From positions 1,260,001 to 1,292,000 of the forward strand of contig NC_018655.1 in the NCBI RefSeq assembly GCF_000299365.1: a stretch of DNA of 32,000 bases, read 5' to 3'. This DNA is from Candidatus Nitrosopumilus koreensis AR1 (GTDB taxonomy: Archaea; Thermoproteota; Nitrososphaeria; Nitrososphaerales; Nitrosopumilaceae). The notes below the pieces were generated by a model, which had not been told where the DNA came from, ran no database searches, and saw only the letters and a program-made list of their open reading frames with translations. A program made the position numbers and the translations under genes. Of this stretch, positions 24,612 through 32,000 are shown piece by piece (the stretch's first letter is position 1; the number at the start of each line of letters is the position of its first letter).

Positions 24612-26705
24612 ATGCGACTTAGAAAATTCAGAGTTAGAGCATATCGTTGCATTCATGATTCTGGAGAGATTACAGTCGGAGATTTAGCAGCATTTGTTGG
24701 AAGAAATGAGAGTGGAAAGACTACTATTCTTCAAGCATTAACTCTTTTGAATAGAGATGAGGAAGTTTCAGAATTAGATCTTTGTGACGAAATGAGTGAA
24801 GATCTCAAAAATGAGATCAAATTGGCAGAAGGGGAATTTGAATTAAATCAGCATGAAATTAAAATGTTAAAAGAAAAGTTTCCAAGTCTTCCAGAAATAA
24901 AAAAAATTAGATTATTTAGAACAAATAGAAAGCCCAAAGTTCAATACGAGTTTGATGATATTGAGCTTGGAGAAGAAGAAAATAAAGGACTCAATTCATG
25001 GGAAAACTTCTCAAAACAGATTATCGAATTTTTAGATACTATTCCAAATCACCTTAGAATTCAAATTGATACATCATTCTTTGAAGGAAGAGTCCCAAAT
25101 AATCAAGAATCGTTTGATAGAGGAATGGCAGAATTTAGCAATCAATTTCATGTTATTGCAATTCAAGAACCCAAAGTAATTGAAGAATGGGAAAAAATCT
25201 ATGCTAAACCAGAAAATCAATTTTCAAATTTACTAAGTGGAAAAAGTGAAAAAACAGCTCTACAAAACTTCATAGAATCAGAGTTACATCCAAGATTTGT
25301 TTATTTTTCAGATTATAAAAAAATCTACGGTAACATAAATCTCAACGAATATCTTAGAGAGGAAAAAGGAGATAGGGCAGACTCTATTGAATACATAGAG
25401 GAATTTGACAAAGCTGAGACTGTAAGAAATCTATTCTATCTGGCAGAGTTAGACATGAACGAGTTAGAAGAAGTTAAAGAGAGTCCATCAAAGTGTATCA
25501 AGTTACTAAATGCTGCAAGCAATAGATTGACTAGAAAACTAAATCCAGCATGGAAAGGAGATCCAATCCATGTAGACTTGAGATACAATCCAGGAAATAT
25601 CATGAGTGTTGTGATTTCAGATGTTCACAGGGATGGTACAGTAACCAATACGGGTTTACTAAACAGGAGGGCAGAGGGTTTTAAATGGACATTTTCTTTT
25701 ATTGTAAATTTTGCAGCTGAAACACAAAGAGCAGAGTTAAAAGAAGCAATTCTACTTTTAGATGAACCTGCAAGAAATCTTCACCCAACCCAACAGATGG
25801 GAATTTCAGATTTGTTAAAAAATTTGGCAGGATCTAACCAAGTTCTGTATGCAACACATTCACCGTTTATGATCTTTGATTATACACCTGGAAACTTACT
25901 TGTAGTAGAGTTAGATAAAAGAAAACACCTAAGCAGAATATTTTATGATTATTGGAACGCAGATGATAAAACATTAACACCAATTTTGTACGGATTATCA
26001 AGAGGGCAAGTAGAATCTATTGTAGACAGAGAGATAGGAACAAACTCCAGACCAGTCATCATAGTTGAAACAATGTCTGATTCTATGTATCTAAATGCAT
26101 TTGATAAATTCTTGCAAGATCCAAACATCTCAATGAATCCATTAAACGTGGTTGCAGCGTATAACAAAAATTCAGTTCTACCTTTGGCAATTTTTTACAG
26201 AAATCATGGATACAGAACGTTTATTCTATTAGACAATACTGAAGAATCTAAACAAATTTCAGCTCAACTAGTTTCAAACGAATTTTCAGCAGTTCAAACT
26301 ATTTTCTTTGAATTGGAAGGAAAAAAGCTTGAGTCAATTGAAGACTATATTGTTATTGAAGACTATCTACATCCAGTTAATCAAACATACGAGATTAAAT
26401 TAAGACAAGAAGGATTCTCAAATCTTACACCAGAAGATGTATTATCAAAAGAGGGCAAAGGTAATTTAGAAAAATTAAGAAAGATTTGGCAGGAACATAG
26501 TGATGATGATTGGGGCAAATTTGACAATGAAGAAATTACCAGATACATATGTGAAAAAATTGCATTAGAAGAGACTGATTTTCTCTCCGATAAAACAAAA
26601 GACCAGTTTAGATCATTGTATAGACTAATTGCAGAGCGAATTAGACAATATCAAAATGTTAGTACAAAGTCAGATTTAGATAAATTTCAAAAGGCCAAAG
26701 CTTAA
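24612..26705 (+). CDS. OLD-family-like AAA ATPase (SMC/ABC-type head) with possible TOPRIM-like C-terminus
   Basis: ~697 aa; Walker A GRNESGKTTILQAL; Walker B-like LLLDEPARNLHPTQ...LLKNLAGSNQVLYATHSPFMI; C-term IIVVETMSDSMYLNAF...TFILLDNTEE. Confidence 0.75.
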   Translation: MRLRKFRVRAYRCIHDSGEITVGDLAAFVGRNESGKTTILQALTLLNRDEEVSELDLCDEMSEDLKNEIKLAEGEFELNQHEIKMLKEKFPSLPEIKKIRLFRTNRKPKVQYEFDDIELGEEENKGLNSWENFSKQIIEFLDTIPNHLRIQIDTSFFEGRVPNNQESFDRGMAEFSNQFHVIAIQEPKVIEEWEKIYAKPENQFSNLLSGKSEKTALQNFIESELHPRFVYFSDYKKIYGNINLNEYLREEKGDRADSIEYIEEFDKAETVRNLFYLAELDMNELEEVKESPSKCIKLLNAASNRLTRKLNPAWKGDPIHVDLRYNPGNIMSVVISDVHRDGTVTNTGLLNRRAEGFKWTFSFIVNFAAETQRAELKEAILLLDEPARNLHPTQQMGISDLLKNLAGSNQVLYATHSPFMIFDYTPGNLLVVELDKRKHLSRIFYDYWNADDKTLTPILYGLSRGQVESIVDREIGTNSRPVIIVETMSDSMYLNAFDKFLQDPNISMNPLNVVAAYNKNSVLPLAIFYRNHGYRTFILLDNTEESKQISAQLVSNEFSAVQTIFFELEGKKLESIEDYIVIEDYLHPVNQTYEIKLRQEGFSNLTPEDVLSKEGKGNLEKLRKIWQEHSDDDWGKFDNEEITRYICEKIALEETDFLSDKTKDQFRSLYRLIAERIRQYQNVSTKSDLDKFQKAKA

Positions 26706-26778
26706 GAAGTTTGCTCATGATAAATACTGAATTTAGAAATATGGAAATTAAAAAAAAGATTTAAGGTTTAAGAGAGAG

Positions 26779-28938
26779 ATGAGCAGTTTGAAAATAATGA
26801 ACAAGCCCTCTATGAGAGGAATTTTACTCTCAATTGTATTGTTATTTTCAATAGCGTTAATTTCAATTCCACCAGATGTTTACGCTCAAGGAATTAATGC
26901 AGAAAGTGTAGGACTGGAAGAGACAACAATAATAGAATTTACAAATGATTCAGATGAGGAGATCAATAGTTTTAGAATATGGTTAGGTGCAGACTTCAAT
27001 TTCAAGTCATTTAAAACTGAAAAAGGATGGGTAGGTGAAAAAACTCCACAAGGAGTCATTATTTTTACAACTTCAGAATCAATCAAAAAAGGAGAGTCAG
27101 TGAAGTTTGGAGTAAAAACAGACAACAAAAATCCAGGAATCAACTGGAAGGCAATTGACATAAAAAGTAATGAGCAAGATACAGGAAAAGTACTACCAAA
27201 AGAATTACCCCCAGTTGTAGAAAATACAGAAATTAAATCAGGAAAAACATCCACAGGTGCAGGAATTCTTTCAGATTCAATTTTTAGGATAATCCCAGAA
27301 AAACCTAATGCAGGTTCATCTATCAGAGTAACAGGAGATAATTTTGGAGCATCACAAGAATTTGATTTTTACATAGATAATTCAAAAATTGGCAGTTTTG
27401 AAACAGATGAAAATGGTCACTTTATGACAACAATGAAAATTCCAGAAAATCAAGATGCAGAAAGAGTAGATTTTAAGGTTAAAGATAGTGACGGAGAAGA
27501 AAAAAAGATCAGTTTAAGATTAGGACAAGTAGAAAATAGAATCCCAATTGCAGAAAACATTAAACTTACAATTAAGGGAATTCCAGATGTAATTCATAGA
27601 GGCGACTTTTTAGAGATTTCAGGTACAGGAAAACCCAACAGTGCAGTTACTGCAGAAATTAAAACAGAAGATGGAAAAATAATTAATTCAAGAACAGCTG
27701 AAATTGATGCTAAAGGAAACTGGAAATTGGCGGAACCAATAATCATTCCACTAGACACCCCATTTGGTAAATATAGTGCCACTATTACTGATGGAAGAGA
27801 AAATATTCTAAAATCATGGACAGTGGAAACAGATAAAAAAATAATCATTGCACCATCTGAATTAAAATTTGAACTTGGCGAAATAATGCAATTTAATGGA
27901 ACAGCGGTGCCTAACAAACCAATTGAGATTGTTTTAGAAGATCCTCAAGGAAAAGAATTGTTTTCAGACATAATTCAGGTAGATGAATCAGGATTTATAG
28001 AATTTGAATACAAAACAGAACAATCATCTGCTAAAGGCACATACACATTAATTGCAACTCAAGAAAAAGATACAGAGTTTATTTATGCCGGATTAGGTCA
28101 ACTACCTACAATTCCAGTCAATTTAGAATTTGATAAATTAAATTATAGCACTGCAGATACAGCAATGATTTCATTTACTGGAAAAGCTTCTGAAATCATT
28201 AGCTTGTTAATCATAGATCCATCTGACAAACCAAAAGGTGATACGATTTCTATCAAACTAGAACCAGACGGTACTGCAGAATATGAACTTGATTTATCAG
28301 GATATGCATCAGGGGTCTATTCAGCTGTAGCTAGTAAAGGAAGTGCACAAAGTTCAGAGATCTTCACAGTAGGATTACAAACAGGATCAGGGGAAATTCA
28401 GATAAACACAACAAAGTTAAGTTATGCCCCAGGAGATTCCGTGTTAATTTTAGGAGATACTGCAAAGAACGTGTTGCTTACAGTAACAATGAAGGATCCT
28501 GATGGAAATATAGTAAAAGAAAGACAAACTTTTTCAGATAAGAACGGAAAAATTTCAGAAGGGTCATTTAGAATCCCATCAGAGGCAAAAAGTGGAATGT
28601 GGACAATTACTGCAAAGAGCGGCTCAAACTTTGACACGATAGAAATAGAAGTAATATCAACAGTTACCGAAGGCATACAAATTTCTGTTCAAAAAGGTGC
28701 AGATATCCCAGGATATGGAAAAACTTTGCAAATAAAGATAGTAGGAGTTAGTCAAACAGTAAATATTGATATTATATCTGAAGAAGGAGAGATCATAGAG
28801 TCACTATCGTTCCAAGCATCATCACAAGGAGAGATAAATCAACCATGGATAATTCCAAAAGATACAGAGCCAGGAACATACACAATTAAAGTACATGATG
28901 CGTTTACTTCAGGCGAAACTACATTTGAGATAGAGTAA
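26779..28938 (+). CDS. Large secreted protein with multiple Ig-like/beta-sandwich repeats
   Basis: 719 aa; signal peptide ILLSIVLLFSIALISIPPDVYAQ; serial units such as KPNSAVTAEIKTEDGKIINSRTAEIDAKGNWKL, KPIEIVLEDPQGKELFSDIIQVDESGFIEFEY, VLLTVTMKDPDGNIVKERQTFSDKNGKISEGSF. Confidence 0.8.
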   Translation: MSSLKIMNKPSMRGILLSIVLLFSIALISIPPDVYAQGINAESVGLEETTIIEFTNDSDEEINSFRIWLGADFNFKSFKTEKGWVGEKTPQGVIIFTTSESIKKGESVKFGVKTDNKNPGINWKAIDIKSNEQDTGKVLPKELPPVVENTEIKSGKTSTGAGILSDSIFRIIPEKPNAGSSIRVTGDNFGASQEFDFYIDNSKIGSFETDENGHFMTTMKIPENQDAERVDFKVKDSDGEEKKISLRLGQVENRIPIAENIKLTIKGIPDVIHRGDFLEISGTGKPNSAVTAEIKTEDGKIINSRTAEIDAKGNWKLAEPIIIPLDTPFGKYSATITDGRENILKSWTVETDKKIIIAPSELKFELGEIMQFNGTAVPNKPIEIVLEDPQGKELFSDIIQVDESGFIEFEYKTEQSSAKGTYTLIATQEKDTEFIYAGLGQLPTIPVNLEFDKLNYSTADTAMISFTGKASEIISLLIIDPSDKPKGDTISIKLEPDGTAEYELDLSGYASGVYSAVASKGSAQSSEIFTVGLQTGSGEIQINTTKLSYAPGDSVLILGDTAKNVLLTVTMKDPDGNIVKERQTFSDKNGKISEGSFRIPSEAKSGMWTITAKSGSNFDTIEIEVISTVTEGIQISVQKGADIPGYGKTLQIKIVGVSQTVNIDIISEEGEIIESLSFQASSQGEINQPWIIPKDTEPGTYTIKVHDAFTSGETTFEIE

Positions 28939-28976
28939 CATCAAACAATTTTATTTTACCTAAATTCACCACTTCT

Positions 28977-29489
28977 ATGAACCTAAAAGACAGAATAGCT
29001 GAATATCCAAATTTCCCTAAAAAGGGGATTTTATTTAGAGATTTTAGCCCCATCCTAAAAGATCCATCAGCAATGACAACTATTGCTGATGAATTTTCAA
29101 AACATTTTCATCCAAAAAATATTGATCTTTTTGCAGGAATAGAATCAAGAGGATTCATTCTTGCTTGTATTCTAGCCACAAGATACAACAAGGGAATGAT
29201 GATGATTAGAAAGGCAGGAAAACTACCAGGCAAAACCATAAAGATGTCATACACAATTGAATATGGAAAGGATACCATAGAGATTCAAAAAGACATAATC
29301 AAAGAAGGACAAAGAGTCCTTATTTGTGATGATTTGCTTGCTACAGGAGGAACAGCTAAGGCATCTGCAAAACTAATTGAAAAAGTAGGAGGAAAAATTG
29401 TAGGTTTTGCATTCATTATTGAATTAACAGATCTTAATGGAATGAAAGGAATAAGCAAGTATGATTGTAAATCATTGGTGAAGTATTAA
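28977..29489 (+). CDS. apt: Adenine phosphoribosyltransferase
   Basis: 170 aa; [25 protein letters not shown]...[11 protein letters not shown]...[13 protein letters not shown]...[23 protein letters not shown]. Confidence 0.93.
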   Translation: MNLKDRIAEYPNFPKKGILFRDFSPILKDPSAMTTIADEFSKHFHPKNIDLFAGIESRGFILACILATRYNKGMMMIRKAGKLPGKTIKMSYTIEYGKDTIEIQKDIIKEGQRVLICDDLLATGGTAKASAKLIEKVGGKIVGFAFIIELTDLNGMKGISKYDCKSLVKY

Positions 29490-30280
29490 TGGAAAAAGAT
29501 GTAGAAATTGGGATTTTTGGCGGTACTGGAATTTATGACTCAGGATTACTAGAAGATGCACAAGAAGTAGATATCGACACCCCATATGGAAAACCATCAG
29601 ACACAATAACAGTGGGGACTTTCAAAGGAAGAAAAATTGCTTTTCTTCCTAGACATGGAAAAAAACATACAATTCCCCCACATATGATTAATTATAAAGC
29701 AAATATTTGGGCATTCAAAGAGTTAGGAGTCACAAGAATTATTGCTCCATCAGCAGTCGGAAGCCTAAAAGAAGAATTAGAGCCAGGGCATTTTGTATTG
29801 CCATCACAATTTCTAGATTTTACAAAATCAAGAGACGGTTCATTTTCTGAAAACGGCAGAGTTATTCATATTTCAGTAGCAGATCCATTCTGTCCAGAGT
29901 TGCAATCATCAATTACAAAAGTTACAGACAATCAAAATATAAAAATTCATAAAAATTGTACATACGTATGTATTGAAGGCCCAAGATTTTCTACAAAAGC
30001 AGAATCAAAATTCTACAGAACAACAGGTGCAGACATTATCGGAATGACACTAGTTCCAGAATGTCAACTAGCAAGAGAAGCACAGATTTGTTATGCATCA
30101 ATCTCAACAGTAACGGATTATGATGTTTGGGCAGAAAAACCAGTAACTGCAAAAGAAGTATTAGAAACACTTTCAAAAAATGTTGAAGGAACAAAGAAAA
30201 TACTAACAGAGTTAATTGAAACAATTCCTGAAATTAGAAGTTGTTCTTGTGCAAAAGCATTAGAAGAAGCAGAATTCTAG
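29489..30280 (+). CDS. mtnP: S-methyl-5'-thioadenosine phosphorylase
   Basis: 263 aa; [13 protein letters not shown]...[13 protein letters not shown]...[30 protein letters not shown]...[17 protein letters not shown]...[31 protein letters not shown]. Confidence 0.95.
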   Translation: MEKDVEIGIFGGTGIYDSGLLEDAQEVDIDTPYGKPSDTITVGTFKGRKIAFLPRHGKKHTIPPHMINYKANIWAFKELGVTRIIAPSAVGSLKEELEPGHFVLPSQFLDFTKSRDGSFSENGRVIHISVADPFCPELQSSITKVTDNQNIKIHKNCTYVCIEGPRFSTKAESKFYRTTGADIIGMTLVPECQLAREAQICYASISTVTDYDVWAEKPVTAKEVLETLSKNVEGTKKILTELIETIPEIRSCSCAKALEEAEF

Positions 30281-30561
30281 TCGTCAACAAATGATTCTTT
30301 TTTGAGTCCTTCTGGAAGAGACAAATCTCCTTGAAGTAAGTTTCTTTGAAGAGACATTATTACCTCGTCAACATCATAACCTAGTTTTTCTAATTCTTTT
30401 TCAGTAGTTTTTGAAATTTTTGCTCCAACATTTTGTCCACCTATTCTTCCAAAAGCAATTGCTGTAAAACGAAAATCATTATCACCTATGGTAAATTTAC
30501 CATTAATCTTTGCAGCCATTTGACTGCCATGAATATCATTAATGTGAACTTTGAGTTCCAT
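30277..30561 (-). CDS. Conserved hypothetical protein (94 aa)
   Basis: [61 protein letters not shown]...; tail-to-tail overlap with mtnP. Confidence 0.7.
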   Translation of the reverse strand: MELKVHINDIHGSQMAAKINGKFTIGDNDFRFTAIAFGRIGGQNVGAKISKTTEKELEKLGYDVDEVIMSLQRNLLQGDLSLPEGLKKESFVDD

Positions 30562-30569
30562 GTTAGAAA

Positions 30570-30968
30570 TTAAATTTCCACTGCTTTGTTGACGTTATCA
30601 TCAATCAAAAAGCTCCAGTGTTTTTCATCTTCAACTTTGTAATCTTTTACTGTTAAAGGAATTATCTTTTCATCAAGACATTCGTGCTTGATTTCGCCAT
30701 TTTCTTTTAATTTTACTAATTTCCACTTGTATTTTCCCTGTTGTAATTTACAAACTGTAACACCCCATTTTGCATCAGGATCGATTTTTGGCATCCCTAC
30801 AAGATCAGCTAATTCTTCAATTCCAAGTTGTTTTTCTTCACAAAATCTTTTCTTACAAACACCACATCTCCAAACATCAACGGACCCAATAGTTCTTTCA
30901 TCTATGTTGATGTTAACCACACCAAAGTAAACAGGTTGATGTTTGCATGTTTCAGTATCAATAGTCAA
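30570..30968 (-). CDS. Conserved hypothetical protein with N-terminal CxxC zinc-binding region (132 aa)
   Basis: CKHQPVYFGVVNINIDERTIGSVDVWRCGVCKKRFCEEK; C-terminal KHWSFLIDDNVNKAVEI. Confidence 0.7.
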   Translation of the reverse strand: MTIDTETCKHQPVYFGVVNINIDERTIGSVDVWRCGVCKKRFCEEKQLGIEELADLVGMPKIDPDAKWGVTVCKLQQGKYKWKLVKLKENGEIKHECLDEKIIPLTVKDYKVEDEKHWSFLIDDNVNKAVEI

Positions 30969-30989
30969 TGCAGTTCAAAAATCGAAGTG

Positions 30990-31349
30990 TTATTTAGTTC
31001 TTGCATCATCATATGGTTTTTCCAAAATCACACCTATATTATCAACAACTTTGTTTCGCTTAAATTCAATATTTTCTCGCTCACACATTCGTCTATACAT
31101 GTTAACCACAGTAAATCTGGGATGCATTGCCTCAAATTCAGTTTCAGAAATATCTATGAAAGCACCCAGATTCATCAGATCTTTTGTTGCTATTTTTGCA
31201 TCATTCAAAGAAATCTTTAATTTTTCTGAAATTGTTTGAGGAGACATTTTTCCATAACAGGTAACAAGCAAATACACTTTGGCCTGTACAGAATTCAAAT
31301 GAATTTCAGATATTAGATCATCTTCAATTTTAGAATCCATATTTTTCAA
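30990..31349 (-). CDS. TrmB-like winged-helix DNA-binding protein
   Basis: 119 aa; LISEIHLNSVQAKVYLLVTCYGKMSPQTISEKLKISLNDAKIATKDLMNLGAFIDI. Confidence 0.7.
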   Translation of the reverse strand: MKNMDSKIEDDLISEIHLNSVQAKVYLLVTCYGKMSPQTISEKLKISLNDAKIATKDLMNLGAFIDISETEFEAMHPRFTVVNMYRRMCERENIEFKRNKVVDNIGVILEKPYDDARTK

Positions 31350-31381
31350 TTAGATGATTGTAATAAAACATGATCTATGCA

Positions 31382-31603
31382 TTATTTTTTTACCAACAGT
31401 TTTTTTGAAATTTTTAAGGAAAAACCCATTGCAATAAAGTGAATTACTGCACCCAAAATTGCCCCTAAAATCATGTCATCTAGAAAAACCCAAACTAAGA
31501 CAAATGCAATAAGAGAAGGAACAGATATGATTACAGCAACAACTGTACCTCTAATCATAATTTCACGTTTTGTTAATTTGGTAAATTTTTCATCCTCAGT
31601 CAT
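31382..31603 (-). CDS. Small two-TM membrane protein
   Basis: 73 aa; IRGTVVAVIISVPSLIAFVLVWVFLDDMILGAILGAVIHFIAMGF. Confidence 0.65.
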   Translation of the reverse strand: MTEDEKFTKLTKREIMIRGTVVAVIISVPSLIAFVLVWVFLDDMILGAILGAVIHFIAMGFSLKISKKLLVKK

Positions 31604-31649
31604 AGCTCAAATTTTAAAAATGGTAATAAAAACCAAAGATACTTTATAT

Positions 31650-32000
31650 TTGGTAAACTCAGATTTGGACTGTTTGGCAAGTTACAAAGGTGCATATTCA
31701 AATGAACAATCACTAAATTTTGTAATTCCAATAATTGTAATCTTATTTCTAGGAATAATCTATATCATGACTCAAAGAGCAGATTCAGGTTTTGTTAGTT
31801 TCTTCTTAATTGGAGCCGCAGCACTAACAATGTTTTACTGGGTCAGAGTATTAAAGAAAATGACAAAAGACCAAAAACCACTCTACACACAATCAAGAGA
31901 ACAAGAGCAAAAGAATTGGGTATATGATCTTATCAAAGGTGAAGGGGAATTTGTTTTTGTTGCAGAAGTTCCAGGTCCTGAAGACAAAATTGCAGTAAGA
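31650..32000 (+). CDS. Membrane-anchored protein with start of a possible Hsp20-like domain, truncated by window edge
   Basis: Manual translation from TTG 31650: MVNSDLDCLASYKGAYSNEQSLNFVIPIIVILFLGIIYIMTQRADSGFVSFFLIGAAALTMFYWVRVLKKMTKDQK...GEFVFVAEVPGPEDKIAVR..., open to the window end. Confidence 0.6.
   Translation, partial: MVNSDLDCLASYKGAYSNEQSLNFVIPIIVILFLGIIYIMTQRADSGFVSFFLIGAAALTMFYWVRVLKKMTKDQKPLYTQSREQEQKNWVYDLIKGEGEFVFVAEVPGPEDKIAVR

Noticed and set aside
27594-28676. Minus-strand ORFs inside the large secreted protein gene
   Set aside because: Antisense shadows in low-stop AT-rich coding sequence.
1-32000. CRISPR arrays, transposases, integrases, restriction-modification or retron modules
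   Set aside because: I scanned for regular direct repeats and recognisable protein signatures and saw none; the only tandem repeat noticed is the short 9-bp one at 10595..10625.

Overview
AT-rich archaeal chromosome window that looks like marine ammonia-oxidising Thaumarchaeota (Nitrosopumilus-like; the lineage is inferred from protein character). It carries TFB, Alba, ribosomal protein S30e, Rpo4/F, Nop5, an archaeal DUF655/KsgA cluster and a CCA-encoding tRNA-Ser(GCU). Most of the window is housekeeping or metabolism: N-formylglutamate amidohydrolase, gamma-glutamyltransferase, a Kv-type channel, a CorA-like transporter, an ATP-grasp/M20-like fusion, a radical SAM protein, PyrK/PyrD, Apt/MtnP, an OLD/AAA-like ATPase and a large secreted beta-rich protein. 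The most unusual region is the first 3.3 kb, where the ORF track misses four tiny Cys/His-rich ORFs. Two are paralogous C2H2 microproteins (1094..1210 and 1983..2096, minus). One directly abuts an Alba-like gene and the other overlaps a roadblock-like gene by ATGA. The other two are tandem Cys4 microproteins with identical spacing (3070..3159 and 3166..3297, plus). Other notable items are an orphan RadA-like HhH N-terminal fragment beside rpoF with a 17-bp palindrome over its start codon, a canonical A AAA AAG slippery heptamer in the correct phase in a small Lys-rich gene convergent with nop5, an ATP-grasp protein fused to a diverged M20 peptidase-like domain, and a Kv channel with a CxxC tail. 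No CRISPR array, transposase or clear multi-gene defence island was seen.
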